From the NCBI GenBank assembly GCA_038087875.1, contig CM075988.1, forward strand, positions 14,820,001 to 14,884,000: DNA of 64,000 nucleotides, read 5' to 3'. The stretch is from Malacoraja senta (Eukaryota). Shown here piece by piece: positions 23,392 to 37,090 of this stretch. A program made the translations under genes and the position numbers. The notes below the pieces were generated by a model. The model saw only the letters and a list, made by a program, of their open reading frames with translations, was not told where the DNA came from and made no database searches. Each line of letters opens with the position of its first letter. Within the stretch, counting starts at the first letter, position 1.

Positions 23392-24911
23392 TTTATATTA
23401 AGGCAAATTTGAATGGTGAGGTTGAAATTCAATTAACACAATGAGTACTCACACACTCTCAGTGTGAAATATAATTTGTTCGTATTAAAAATTAACAACG
23501 TGAAGAGTGGTATGAAATCAGAAATCATGCCTTTCCTCCCTAATAATCTGAGGTTAGTTACAGTCTGAGGGAAGTAATTAAAAGTGACCTTTTTATTGAC
23601 AGTTGTTCTAACTCTTAAAAAACATGTACTGCAAATGTAACCACCGACCCCAGTGAATATTACTCCACAGTAGAGAACGTGACTTAGCTCAACAACTTCA
23701 GCATTAACAGGGTAGGCTCAATACATCAAGAGTACACGCATGCCTCATGCTACAGCAAAGAGCAATGAATCAGACCTGGAAATGGAAGCTTAAAGGAATT
23801 ATTGAATGCTTCACACACAATACTCCCTTGAAACAAGGTGTGCAGCACTGAATTACAGAAAGTATCAGGCATTCAGGAAAAACATAGGGGAAGACAAGGA
23901 ATCGGAAACAGAGTTTCTCAGTGTGGCTGTTTAAGAATAATGTGAAACTGCATGGAACAAGATTGAAAATGTAATCACCGTTTTGCTCTTCAGCCCCCAA
24001 TAAAACTACCATTAGTGTTACCACTCCAATGGCAGTGAATGGGTGAAAGGCTGGTCTTTATTCCGGGAGCAGAGGAGCTGAGGATTGGTGATATATAACT
24101 CAAGAGGGGCATAAATGAGGTGTAAAGCCACAGTCTTTTCACCATGGTAGAGGGGTCTAAAACTAGAGGACATAGGTATAAGGTGAGAGAGGAAAGATTT
24201 AAAAAGAACCTGAGAAGCAACTTTTTCCCCACAGAAGGCTGTGTGTTCATATATGAGCAGCTGAATGAATTGGTAGAAGCAAGCTCAAATGCTACATTTA
24301 AAAGACTCGAGAAAGAAAGGTTTGGAGAAATAGGATCTCGTGGGCAAGTAGACCCAGCGGACAAGTGGGACTATCTCTGTTAAGCAATCTGGTCAGCATG
24401 AATTAGTTGGGCCAAAGAGCTTGTTTCCATGCTGTATAGACCTATGACTATGACTCCAGGTCCTTGTACTTTATATTAAGGACATTTTTGAATGGTGAGG
24501 TTGAAATTCAATTAACACAATGAGTACTCACACACTCTCAGTGTGAAATATAATTTGTTCTGATTAAAAATTAACAACATGAAGAGTGGTATGAAATCAG
24601 AAATCATGCCTTTCCTCTCTAATAATCTGAGGTTCGTTACAGTCTGAGGGAAGTAATTAAAAGTGACCTTTTTATTGACAGTTGTTCTAACTCTTAAAAA
24701 AACATGTACTGCTAATGTAACCACCGACCCCAGTGAATATTACTCCACAGTAAAGAACGTGACTTAGCTCAACACTTCAGCATTAACAGGGTAGGCTCAA
24801 TACATCAAGAGTACATGAATGCCTCATGCTACAGCAAAGAGCAATGAATCAGACCTGGAAATGGAAGCTTAAAGGAATTATTGAATGCTTCACACACAAT
24901 ACTCCCTTGAA
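23392..24911. repeat. About 440-bp direct duplication (23392-23832 and 24470-24911)
   Basis: Near-identical copies of otherwise non-repetitive AT-rich sequence. Confidence 0.95.
24040..24455 (+). mobile_element. CR1 3' fragment
   Basis: SKTRGHRYKV...RSNFF translation and (TATGAC)n tail. Confidence 0.8.
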
Positions 24912-25517
24912 CAGCCTATATCCTATTAATAACTGGAATGTATTAAATGCTAATTTTGTAAAAAATGCCCTCCTGATTGTTTGAAGAGAGAATTGTGCAG
25001 TAAATCCATAATGAACCAAATGTAACAACTTCCCATTAAATTCATATTGTGGTTGAAAATACTCAGAATTTAACAGCTCTCCCTCTTTATTTGTTACATT
25101 GTAGAGTAAATTCAGGAAATTTGAGTGAATTATAAATTATTTCATGTTATAACAACATCAAGTGAACATTTAAAATTTTTACCATGGTGTAAATTGAAAA
25201 AAAACCATGAAAGACAACTTTAAGGCAGATTCAGAGATGAAAAATCCATTAGAATTCAAAGGTTGAAAATGGATAGAAGTTTCTTCTTTCAGAAACTTTG
25301 AGGAGAATTACCACCTCGTGTGAATTTCACATTCATACAAATACATAAAATAAAACCATCAGCATAATTTGAACATGAAGGATCCAATTTTCATTTTGCC
25401 TGTTCAGCATTAACAAGCCCATTACCATTTCAAGTGAAACTACTGGGCTCATCACCCGATTAATAAAAACTGTTGCAATTTCTGAAGAGGCTTTCCAGTG
25501 CCCAGAGCTGTCACCTG

Positions 25518-26205
25518 GTTTAGGAAAAGTGGAGGTGCAATGAGACCTGCGTATGCTTGTACATCAGTCACTGAAAGTAAGCATGCAGGTACAGCAGGCG
25601 GTGAAGAAAGCTAATGGCATTTTGGCCTTCATTGCAAGAGGATTTGAGTTTAGGTGCAAGGAGGTCCTACTGCAGTTGTACATGGCCCTGGTGAGACCGC
25701 ACCTTGTGTGCAGTTTTGATCTTCTAATTTGAGGAAGGACATTATTGCTATTGAGGGAGTGCAGCGTAGGTTCACCAGGTTAATTCCCGGGATGGCAGGA
25801 CTGACATATGATGAAAGAAAGGGTCGACTGGGCTTGTATTCACTGGAATTTAGGATGAGAGGCTCTCTTATAGAATCATTTAACATTCTTAAAGGATTGG
25901 ACAGGCTAGATGCAGCAAAAATGTTCCCGGTGTTGGGGGAGTCCAGAACCAAGGGCCACAGTTTAAGAATAAGGGGTAGGCCATTTAGGACTGAGATGAG
26001 GAAAAACGTTTTCACCGAGAGAGTTATGAATCTGTGGAATTCTCTGCCACAGAAGGCAGTGGAGGCCAAAGAGTTAGATTTAGCTCTTAGGGCAAAAGGA
26101 ATCAAGGGTTTTTGGGAAAAAGCAGGAATGGGGTACTCATTTTTGATGATCAGCTGGCTTGAAGGGCCGAATGGCCTACTCCTGCACCTATTTTTCTATG
26201 TTTCT
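25518..26205 (+). mobile_element. CR1 LINE 3' fragment
   Basis: RKDIIAIEGVQRRFTRLIPG...SRTKGHSLRI...WNSLP and a ttctatgtttcta tail. Confidence 0.92.
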
Positions 26206-26319
26206 AAAGCACTCTCCATCAGGGAGAAGCTTAGGTTAATTATTTGGCATTCAGTAAAGTAACTAAGATAGAAGAGCTTAATTATTTGGCATTCAGTAAA
26301 GTTACTAAGATAGATAGAA

Positions 26320-27372
26320 GCTACACTTCTCCCCACCCTGTTTCCTGTAAGCACTCCATCCCCTACTCCCAATTCCTCTGTCTACGCCGCATCGGCACCA
26401 AGGTTGAGGTGTTCCACACCAGATGCCCTCATTCTTCAGGGAACGGGGGTTCCCCTCTTCCACTATAGATGAGGCTCTCACCTGGGTCTCTTCTATACCC
26501 CATAACACTGCTCTCATTCCCCATCCCCCCACTTGTAACAAGGGCTGAGTCCCCCTTATCCTCACCTTCCACCCTACCAGCTGTCACATACGACAAATAA
26601 TCCTCCAACATTTTCGCCACCTCCAACGGGAACCCACCACTGGCCACATCTTCCCATCTCCTCCCCTGTCTGCTTTCCGCAGAGACCGCTCCCTCCGTAA
26701 CTCCCTGGTCAATTCGTCCCTTCCCACCCAAACCACCCCCTCTCCTGGCAATTTCCCTTGCAAACGCAGGAAATGCTACACTTGTCGCTTTACCTCCCCC
26801 CTTGACTCCATTCAAGGACCCAAGCAGTCTTTCCAGGTGCAGCAGAGGTTCACCTGCACCTACTCCAACCTCATCTATTGCATCCGCTGCTCTAGGTGTC
26901 AGCTGATCTACATCGGTGAGACCAAGCGTAGGCTTGACGATCGCTTCGCCCAACACCTCTGCTCGGTTCGCAATAACCAACCTGATCTCCCGGTGGCTCA
27001 GCACTTCAACTCCCCTCCAATTCCAAATATGACCTTTCTATCCTGGGCCTCCTCCATGGCCAGTGAGGACCACCGTAAATTGGAGGAGCAGCACCTCATA
27101 TTTCGCTTGGGCAGTTTGCACCCCAGCGGTATGAACATTGACCTCCAATTTCATGTAGTCCCTGCTTTCCCGTCCCCTTCTCAGCTCTCCCTCAGCCCAC
27201 TGTTTCCACCTCTTCCTTTCTTCTTCCCGCCCCCCACCCTCACATCAGTCTGAAGAAGGGTCTCCACCCAAACGTTGCCTATTTCCTTCGATCCATAGAT
27301 GCTGCCTCACCCGCTGAGTTTCTCCAGCATTTTTGTCTACCTTTGATTTTCCAGCATCTGCAGTTACTTCTT
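26320..27372 (+). mobile_element. Penelope-like element 3' part (GIY-YIG endonuclease plus pLTR)
   Basis: SIPYSQFLCLRR (RT thumb), FTCTYSNLIYCIRC...IYIGETKRRL, and pLTR ctgaagaagggtctcc. Confidence 0.92.
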
Positions 27373-27520
27373 AAAAATAAATAAGATAGAACCTGGTGCT
27401 ATCAATACACAAAATGACTCAGAAAGTTATAGATCTACACTATGTCTTGCAAAGTAGGATTCCTCCTTATAATAGCATTGTAATGCATGAATTACTGGCT
27501 GAATGGGCTCACCGGACCTT

Positions 27521-27805
27521 TGTGTAGGAAGGAACTGCAGATGCTGGTTTACACCGAAGATAGACACAAAATGCTGGAGTAACCCAGCCGGTCAGGCAGC
27601 ATCTCTGAGAAAAGGAATAGGTCGCCTATTCCTTTATGCCTATCTTCATTTACAACACTGCCTTTGCTTGAAACAGTAAAGGTAATGCGGCAACAATAAT
27701 TATCGACACAGTATTGCTGGTGAAGGGTCTTGACCCAAAACGTCACCCATTCCTTCTCTCCAGATTTGCTGCCTGATCCGCTAAGTTATTTCAGCATTTT
27801 GTGTT
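27521..27805. mobile_element. pLTR fold-back element carrying extra sequence also found at 14840-14920
   Basis: The reverse complement of 27521-27722 matches 14840-15047. Confidence 0.8.
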
Positions 27806-27927
27806 TACAGTATCTTCACCAAACGTTTGTGTTGATTTCCCCCGCTAGAGTATGATTGTGGATTGATTTGATATCTGATAATGTGCTCATCTGACATTGA
27901 TGATTGGTCATGAGACCTCACCAGCAA

Positions 27928-28112
27928 TGTGTAGGAAAGAACTGCAGATGCTGGTTTAAATCGAAGGTAGACACAAAATGCTGGAGTAACTCAGCGGGAC
28001 AGGCAACATCTCTGGAGAGAAGGAATGGGTGACGTTTTGGGTTAAGACCCTTCTTCAGACCCGTAGCATCACCCATTCCTTCTCTCCAGAGATGCTGCCT
28101 GTCCTGCTCTTC
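27928..28112. mobile_element. pLTR fold-back element
   Basis: 13-bp TSD acctcaccagcaa (27915-27927 and 28113-28125). Confidence 0.85.
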
Positions 28113-29781
28113 ACCTCACCAGCAACACTGGTATCGGTCCTGAGTGCATGATCGCTCAGATGTGCTCAACCACTCTACAGGCAAGCACTGCTCTTTGCCA
28201 GTTGACAAACCAAACATGACTATGGTGCAGTTGGAAGACAGGAAATAAAACCATAAAGAACAAACTTTAGGTTTATTGTGGTTTTCCCAAAAGTTGGTGA
28301 ACCCTTGCATATAATCAACTGTGACGTGAAACAGTAAGCTTCAATTCATAATTTAAGTTTTGTAAATTTTTCATCCCTTTCATTTATATGTGTAAGTTCC
28401 ATGCTGGCAAGAGAAATGTACCTCTGGGTAAGATGTGCTCTCATTGATCAGTCATTTGGTAGTTAGTTAATGTAAAGCCCCAGAGGTGTTTGATAGGTTT
28501 GCTCAAAAGGACTGATAAATATGTTATTAATAATTTAATTTAATTTTAATTAATTAATATGTTATATCCAAAGACAGCGACATATTGATGACTTTTCTTG
28601 CTTTGCCCTTGTAGTTTTGAAAAACGTCAAGGTCCTTCAAGATTTATGGTAATACCTGCAGAAACCTTGTGCCTTTCCCAGCTTGTGCAATGATGGTGAA
28701 TTATCTGGGGAAAGAAAACACACATTCTTATTGCAGTTTTAATAATTATAGAATATAATTAACTTATTCTGTTTCATTTCCTTTCCATCGCACCACACAT
28801 TCAGAAATGGGGGAGACGTGAGCAAATACATGAAGCAATAAAAAAATGCATTTCAGTGTGCAGGGATAATTGAACTGGGAATGCAGAGGCCATGGGGTGC
28901 TAAATGGGTAAAGAGATTCAATGCAGCATGGAATAGATGAATATATTGTGGCTTTTTTTGTCTATAAAGGCACAACGCTGTTTATTTTAATAAAAAATTG
29001 AAATGTTTATCTTTTACAATTGCACTTATGCATATCCAAAAGGAACAATGATCTACACACAGTAATTCAGCACATAAAATATACACATCTCTCCTATTAT
29101 ACGTCTCAATGAGGTGAAAATTGATAGCAAATGGTTTGGTTTGTGGCTGCTGATCTCAGAATTATAGAGAGCCGTTTCCACAAGCTTATTTCTTTTGGTT
29201 CTTTTGGTAGACATCAGACTTTTCTTCAGCATCTCCTCCTGTTGTGAAAATGTAAAAATTAACAACCGCTGCAACTAATTGTTATTATAAATTACTATCC
29301 AGCGCCTTGCAGGCTGCACAAGTGAATACCATTCATCAAGAAACACGCAATCAATTATCACGGAAACCTTAGCAGATTATACATTTCAAAGTGGGTTTTT
29401 TTCTGTGACTGTGTAATTGAAGAACAACAGCAAATGTTTAATACAGGTGTCAAATCTATGAAACCTCAATAGTGCAACCCGTCATAAACTTTGAAATTAG
29501 AGAATATAATCATCCCCTTTCACCTCACACTTTGCACTATTTCAGTAGTTTACAGCTCCTGCAATATTTATGAAAGACCCTGATGGAATGGCAAACCTCA
29601 TTGCTATATTTATCTATTGCCTCTAATTTGCAGCGATCTGTTTGATTCGGATACATTGGCATGCAACTATCAACCTGCCTGTCTGATTGTCTCTCACTTG
29701 GCAGCTTGTAGAATATTTCTGCAAAGGCGCAAAAATGATCCTAAAGCTGGGAACACTCTGATATGAAAACGAGTAAGTATT

Positions 29782-30062
29782 AGGGCAGCACAGTGGAACA
29801 GTGGTTGAGCTGCGACCAAAGTACCAGTGGCCTGGGTTCGATCCTGAGTACGTGCTGTCTGTGCGGAGTTTTACATTCTCACTGTGACCGCGTGGGTTTT
29901 CTCTGGGTGCTCCGATTTCCTCCCACATTCCAAAGATGTATAAGTATGTAGATTAATTGGCATCTGTAAATTGCCACTAATGTATAGGATTCCACAAAGG
30001 TGGAATAACATAGAACTTGAGTGTGGGTGATCAAAAGGCCTGATTCCACACTGTATCTCTCT
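29782..30062 (+). mobile_element. V-SINE
   Basis: gggcagcacagtgg...gggttcgatcc, V-domain, ctgtatctct tail. Confidence 0.85.
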
Positions 30063-30810
30063 CAATGAGGTGTGCCAGTGGTGCGTGCACTGGTATCTGT
30101 CCGCTTAGCATAGCTGGCAAAATTCTCCAAGACTAAGCAAAGGGGAAGTGCAGTAGATGCGCCTGTATTGCCAAAATATAAATCAGGACAATCTGGACCA
30201 ATCTGTTTTGCAACGTACCAGCAACCCTGCTTTCAAAGAGGAGAAACAGCCATCATTCTGTCAGTCTATTTGGATTTACCATAGATATTGAGCTGTATAC
30301 TTCCCTTTGGAGAATCATTGATTTTCACATGCTTGGTGAAACCAACAGATTCAAGGTAATACTGCAAATATTTTCACGTCAAATAAAAAAAATTACATTA
30401 TAACAATTCTCACTGCTGAAGCGTCAAGGCTGTAATATCTATTTTCATAACTTGTAGCTTTGGAAATAACCTGTCACTGGAGCTCCACGTGCATTGAGAG
30501 TGGCCTGAATTTCAACATATTCAATAAAGAAATCCTTTCAGAATATCTTTATTTTGACAATTCACATCAACCACTGTTTTTCTGCCTTGAAACCATTAAG
30601 CTTTGCATCGGAATGTCACTCTGTAGGACTAATTAATGTGTGGCGTGCAACCTTTACCACATCTGACTTTCAGGGACGTTGAGATTATGATGAATACATC
30701 ATTTTTAATCTGTTCAATACTATGAAGAATGTAACTTTAACCAAAGGGAAATCGCTTTCACTAGTTGCACATTCACACTCGAGTAAGATCCAGTTCTTGG
30801 ACTGGCATTT

Positions 30811-31412
30811 AGAAATATAGAAACATGGAAAATTGGTGCACGAGTAGGCCATTCAGCCCTTCAAGCAAGCACCACCATTCAATATAATCATAGCTGATCA
30901 TCCAAAATCAGTACCCTGTTCCTGCTTTCTCCCCATATCCCTTGATTCCGTTAGCCCTGGGCTATATCTAACTGTCTCTTAACTACATCCAGTGAATTGG
31001 CCTCCACTGCCTTCTGTGGTAGAGAATTCCACAGATTCACAGCTCTCTGGGTGAAAAGTTTTTTCCTCATCTCACTCCTAAATGGCCTATCCCTTATTCT
31101 TAAACAAACCCATGGCTATCAGTTCAGAGACAAGAGTCCAGACATGGGCCTATATTCATCACAGTATAAGTCAGCAAATCCACTGTAATTTTTACCATTT
31201 GGATCAATGCAATGTTGTATTTCATAGGGTGACATTGACAGATAACCAGAAGAAAAGCATCAACTAATACCGATAGACAATAGACAATAGATAATAGGTG
31301 CAGGAGAAGGCCATTCGGCCCATTGAGCCAGCACCGCCATTCACTGTGATCATGGCTGATCATCCATATTCAGTATCCCGTTCCTCCCTTCTCACCATAT
31401 CCCCTGACTCCA
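30811..31412 (-). mobile_element. Two CR1 3'-end fragments (30811-31105 and 31272-31412)
   Basis: Reverse-strand gggccgaatggcct...tgcacc tails. Confidence 0.8.
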
Positions 31413-31434
31413 CCATAGAACAGTCCCTGAGATC

Positions 31435-32480
31435 TAAGAACACAGAACATTGAACAGTTGGCAATTTGTGCAAAACATGATGCCAAGTTAAGCTGATCTC
31501 ATTTGCCTGCCCATGATCCATATCCCTTTATTCCCTGCACTTCCATGTGCCTATCTAAAAGCATTTGAAATGTCGCTATCATAATTGCCACCACCACCAC
31601 CCCTGGCAATGCATTCCAGATCTCCACCACTCTGTGTAAAAAAACTTGCCCTGCACATGCAGCCATGGTGGCGCAGCGGTAGAGCTGCTGCCTCAGAGCA
31701 CTTGCAGCGCCGGAGACTGGGGTTCAATAACAACTACGGGTGCTGTCTGTACAGAATTTGTACGTTCTCCCCTTGACCGCATGGGATTTTTCCAAGATTT
31801 TCAATTTCCTCCCACACTCCAAAGACGTACAGGTGTGTAGGTTAATTGGCTTGGTGTATGTGTAAATTGTTCCCAATATGTGTGGGATAGTGTTAGTGTG
31901 CGGGGATTGCTGGTCGGTAGGGACTCGGTCGGCCGAAGGGCCTGTTTCTGTGCTGTATCTCTAAACTAAACTAAACTAAACATCCCCATTAATTTTTCTG
32001 CTCTCACCATATAGCTAATCCCTCTGCTGTTAGGTATTTCCACCCTTAGATAAAGGTTCTGACCATCTACCCTATCTATGCCTTTCATAATTTTATATAC
32101 TTCTATCAAATCTGACGCCAGACCCTCTATCCAAGTCTATCCAACCTCTCCTTGTAGCTAAAACTCTCTAATCCAGGCAGCATTATGGTAACCTTCCTCT
32201 ACACCCTCTCCAAAGTCTCCACATCTTTCCTGTAGTGGGATTGCCACAGAAGGCTGTGGAGGCCGTCAATTGATATTTTTAAGGCAGAGATAGATAGACT
32301 CTTGATTAGTACGGGTGTCAGGGGTTATGGGGAGAAGGCAGGAGAATGGAGGTTAGGAGGGAGAGATAGATCAGCCATGATTGAATGGCGGAGTAGACTA
32401 GATGGGCTGAATGGTTTAATCCTGCTCCTATGACCTTATATTCTCTTATGACCTTATGCCAGAACTGCACGCAATACTCC
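31435..32480 (-). mobile_element. Old CR1 fragment interrupted by a SINE (31660-31980) and a plus-strand CR1 3' end (about 32243-32457)
   Basis: Minus-strand CR1 sequence continues on both sides of the inserts. Confidence 0.65.
31660..31980 (+). mobile_element. V-SINE
   Basis: ggtggcgcagcggtagag head and (CTAAA)n tail. Confidence 0.9.
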
Positions 32481-33125
32481 AAATAAAGGTCTTAAGGTCA
32501 CAATCCCAATGACCTTGCCTTAATCCCCTGCACACAGAGCCTGACAGGGATTCCTGAATTGGGGGGAACTATGTATACAGCAGGTGGATACTAGCCTGAT
32601 TTTGGCATGTTCCCGGTGTCTGCCTAGCCTTAACCCTGGTGCCTGTCACCGGGTAGTCCTGGTCCATCCCTACCTCAGTGCACCCTGCCCCCTCATGGCC
32701 CCCTCCCAAAATCCACACTTACAATTTCATTGAGTCTCCGAACCAATTGTAAAGTTAAGACACAAACATGAGGCCAACTTTAACCAAACAGACCTTGCAG
32801 TCTGAAAAAGGGTCGCAACCCAAAACATCACCTAATCCTTTTCTCCAGAGATGCTGCTTGACCTCCAGCATTTTGTGTCGATCTTTGGTGTAAACCTTCC
32901 AGAGATGCAATTGCCATTCAATGCAGCCCAGTGAGTTCAAATTCTCCACCTGATAAGAGTCGGGGACCAAAGCCAGTTGTGCATTCTTTGAGCTGTGAGT
33001 TCAGAGGAGCAGATGAACCAGTCTCACCACAGTGAGGATTCGTGCAAAATATTTCTGATCCCCCATTCCTGTTCAAAGAGAGTTTCACTGAAAAAGGATG
33101 GGATTGTAGAACTATGTTGGCTGGA

Positions 33126-35421
33126 GACAGACACAAAATGCTGTAGTAACTCAGCGTGTCAGGCAGCATCTCTGGAGAAAAGGAGTAGGTGACGTTTCGG
33201 GTTGAGACGCGTACAAATTAGCCAGAAAAAGCAGCCTACCAGAGGACTGAGAGAAATTCAGAGTCCAGCAGAGGAGGACAAAAGGCTTAATTAGGAAAGG
33301 GAAAATAGATTATGAAAGAAAACTGGCAGGGAACATAAAAACTGACTGCAAAAGTTTTTATAGATATGTGAAGAGGAAAAGATTAGTTAAAACAAATGTA
33401 GGTCCCTTGCAGTCAAAAACAGGCGAATTGATCATGGGGAACAAGGACATGGCAGACCAATTGAATAACTACTTTGGTTCTGTCTTCACTAAGGAAGACA
33501 TAAATAATCTGCCGGAAATAGCAAGGGACCGGGGGTTAAATGAGATGGAGGAACTGAGTGAAATCCAGGTTAGCCGGGAAGTGGTGTTAAGTAAATTGAA
33601 TCGATTAAAGGCCGATAAATCCCCAGGGCCAGATAAGTTGCATCCCAGAGTACTTAAGGAAGTAGCCGCAGAAATAGTGGATGCATTAGTGATAATTTTT
33701 CAAAATTCTTTAGATTCTGGAGTAGTTCCTGAGGACTGGAGGGTAGCTAATGTAACCCCACTTTTTAAAAAGGGAGGGAGAGAGAAAATGGGGAATTACA
33801 GACCAGTTAGTCTAACATCGGTGGTGGGGAAAATTCTGGAGTCAGTTATTAAAGATGGGATAGCAGCACATTTGGAAAGTGGTGAATTCATTGGACAAAG
33901 TCAGCATGGATTTATGAAAGGTAAATCATGTCTGACGAATCTTATAGAATTTTTAGAGGATGTAACTAGTAGAGTGGATAAGGGAGAACCAGTGGATGTG
34001 TTATATCTGGACTTTCAGAAGGCTTTCGACAAGGTCCCACATAAGAGATTAGTATGCAAACTTAAAGCACACGGTATTGGGGGTTCAGTATTGATGTGGA
34101 TAGAGAACTGGCTGGCAGACAGGAAGCAAAGAGTTGGAGTAAACGGGTCCTTTTCAGAATGGCAGGCAGTGACTAGTGGGGTACCGTAAGGCTCAGTGCT
34201 GGGACTCCAGCTATTTACAATATATATTAATGAACTGGATGAGGGAATTGAATGCAACATCTCCAAGTTTGCGGATGACACGAAGCTGGGGGGCAGTGTT
34301 AGCTGTGAGGAGGATGCTAGGAGGCTGCAAGGTGACTTGGATAGGTTGGGTCAGTGGGCAAATGCATGGCAGATGCAGTATAATATGGATAAATGTGAGG
34401 TTATCCACTTTGGTGGCAAAAACAGGAAAGTAGACTATTATCTGAATGGTGGCCGATTAGGAAAAGGGGAGATGCAACGAGACCTGGGTGTCATGGTACA
34501 CCAGTCATTGAAAGTAGGCATGCAGGTGCAGCAGGCAGTGAAGAAAGCAAATGGTATGTTAGCATTCATAACAAAAGGATTTGAGTATAAGAGCAGGGAG
34601 GTTCTACTGCAGTTGTACAGGGTCTTGGTGAGATCACACCTGGAGTATTGCGTACAGTTTTGGTCTCCTAATCTGAGGAAAGACATTCTTGCCATAGAGG
34701 GAGTACAGAGAAGGTTCACCAGACTGATTCCTGGGATGGCAGGACTTTCATATGAAGAAAGACTGGATAGACTCGGCTTGTACACGCTAGAATTTAGAAG
34801 ATTGAGGGGGATCTTATAGAAACTTACAAAATTCTTAAGGGGTTAAACAGGCTAGATGCAGGAAGATTATTCCCGATGTTGGGGAAGTCCAGAACTAGGG
34901 GTCACAGTTTAAGGATAAGAGGGAAGTCTTTTAGGACCGAGATGAGAAAATCATTTTTTACACAGAGAGTGGTGAATCTGTGGAATTCTCTGCCACAGAA
35001 GGTAGTTGAGGCCAGTTCATTCGCTATATTTAAGAGGGAGTTAGATGTGGCCCTTGTGGCTAAAGTGATCAGGGGGTATGGAGAGAAGGCAGGGATGGGA
35101 TACTGAGTTGGATGATCAGCCATGATCATATCGAATGGCGGTGCAGGCTCGAAGGGCCGAATGGCCTACTCCTGCACCTAATTTCTATGTTTCTATGTTT
35201 CTATGAGACACAATTTTTGAGACTGAGAGTCAAGGGAGAGGGAAACTAGAGGTATGAACATTTGTAATTTCCCTCTCCCCTGACTCTCAGTCTGAGGAAG
35301 GGTCTCGACCTGAAACGTCACCTATTCCGTTTCTCCAGAGTTGCTGTCTGACATGCTGAGTTACTCCAGCATTTTGTGTCTATCTTCGGTATAAACCAGC
35401 ATCTGCAGTTCCTTCCTACAT
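33126..35421. mobile_element. pLTR fold-back element split by a CR1 insertion
   Basis: Left arm 33126-33208 and right arm about 35210-35421; flanking gttggctgga / gttggttgga. Confidence 0.7.
33209..35204 (+). mobile_element. 5'-truncated CR1 LINE (RT region plus 3'UTR)
   Basis: KSPGPD, NYRPVSLTS, YLDFQKAFDKV, GVP*GS, KFADDTK; (TTTCTATG)n tail; short gagac duplication. Confidence 0.97.
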
Positions 35422-35771
35422 GGGTTGGTTGGACATCTGCCAATGTGATGGGAGGTGGGAAAGAGATTGTACATGGAGTGCTCCCAGTATTAGCTATTTT
35501 TATTTGTGCTGAAACACAAAAAGAAATTGCACTCTGCTGAATGTTGTCGTATTCCCACTTACTGCAGCAGAGCTTTGTGTTCTCTCATCTAATCTGCAAA
35601 AGTGTCTGTTTTAATTTCGGTTTATAATTGGGATGGATAGACCTCTTAAAAGCTGAGAATATATTTACAATTTAACCCTATTTTTGCTTAAGTGCACAGC
35701 TTTATAGTGAGCAGGAAGAGGGACTCTCAGCCCCCAAGTCATCTCCATCTTTCAGTTATGTGTCAGTCACA

Positions 35772-36090
35772 CTGCATGGAAACAGGCCCATGAACCCACC
35801 AAGTCCACACTGACCATCCCGTGCCCATTTAAACAAATCCTACACCAATCCTATTATTTCTCCACACATTCCTATCAGTTCCTCACAGAAACTACCACTC
35901 AGAATACACGAGGAGGAATCTACAGTGGCCAATTTACTTGCCATCTGCATGCCTTTGACACATGGCAGGAAATCAGAGCACAGTAGAAACACACACGGTC
36001 ACAGGGAGAACATGCAAACTCCACACTGACAGCACCAGAGGTCAAGATTAAACTTGGATCACTGGAGCTTTGATGCTGCAGCTATACTAG
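35772..36090 (-). mobile_element. Diverged V-SINE
   Basis: ggaaacaggccc tail and cacagggagaacatgcaaactccacac V-domain on the reverse strand. Confidence 0.7.
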
Positions 36091-36869
36091 CTACGAAAGA
36101 CATAAAAGGTTGGAGTAACTCAGCAGGTCAGGCAGCATCTCTGGAGAACATGGATAGGTGACGTTTTGGGTCGGCAACCTCCTTCACGCCGATTGTCGGG
36201 CCGGGAAAAGAAAGCTAGAGAGGGGAGTGGCAGGACAAGGTCATCGAGTCACAGAGTGTAACAGTGTGGAAACAGGCCTCTCGGCCCAACTTGCCCACGC
36301 CGACCAACACGCCCCGTCTTCACTAGTCCTACCTGCCTGGGTTTGGTCCATATCCCTCTAAACTTGTCCTATCCATGTATGTCTCAATGTTACTTAAAAG
36401 TTGCAATACGTATGGCAAAGCGGGTGTACGAGCTAGGTAATTCTGTTGCCTTTGTTTGTTGCCAATGTTTTCTTTTTAACCTTTCTTGCTCTGTGGGCTG
36501 TATTATGTAGCTCACTGTAGCAACATGATGGATGGAAACAACAAGTGCAAATAGGCCTCATCTTCCTCATCAGGTCCTCTCCGGTACTCCACACAAAACA
36601 AAACAGGTAGCCCAATGTAAGTTGGGGAAGGTCAAAATAGCTGCAGTCACGAAAATGCACTTTGGTGCAACATTCCCATTGAAGGATTAAGAACTTTGCC
36701 CTGTATTTAAGCACCAGCCAAATACTTTTTGATCAAGATATGAATGTTGCTCACGTAGTCACCAATTATTTTCACTCTAGGTGCCCCTGGACTGAGGAGG
36801 GAGTCAAGAGTCAGCCAAATTTTAGGCCTGGAGTAACACACAAAGGCGATACATGGTAAGTGCTGGGCT

Positions 36870-37090
36870 CCCTCACCTCCATCCAGGAACCCCAGCAGTC
36901 CTTCCAGGTGGGCGAGAAGCTCAAATGCACCTCTTCTAACCTCGTCTACTGCATCTGGTGTTCCAGATATGGCCTCTTGTACATTGGCGAGACCAAATGT
37001 AGACATACTAACCGTTTCACCGAACACTTGCGTTCAGTCTGTCAAGACCAACTATGTCTCTCGGGTTGCTAGCCACTTTAGCTCCTCTTC
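36870..37090 (+). mobile_element. Penelope GIY-YIG fragment
   Basis: CTSSNLVYCIWCSRYGLLYIGETK. Confidence 0.85.

Noticed and set aside
23392..24911. LTR retrotransposon or TRIM
   Set aside because: No TG..CA termini, PBS, PPT or TSD were seen.
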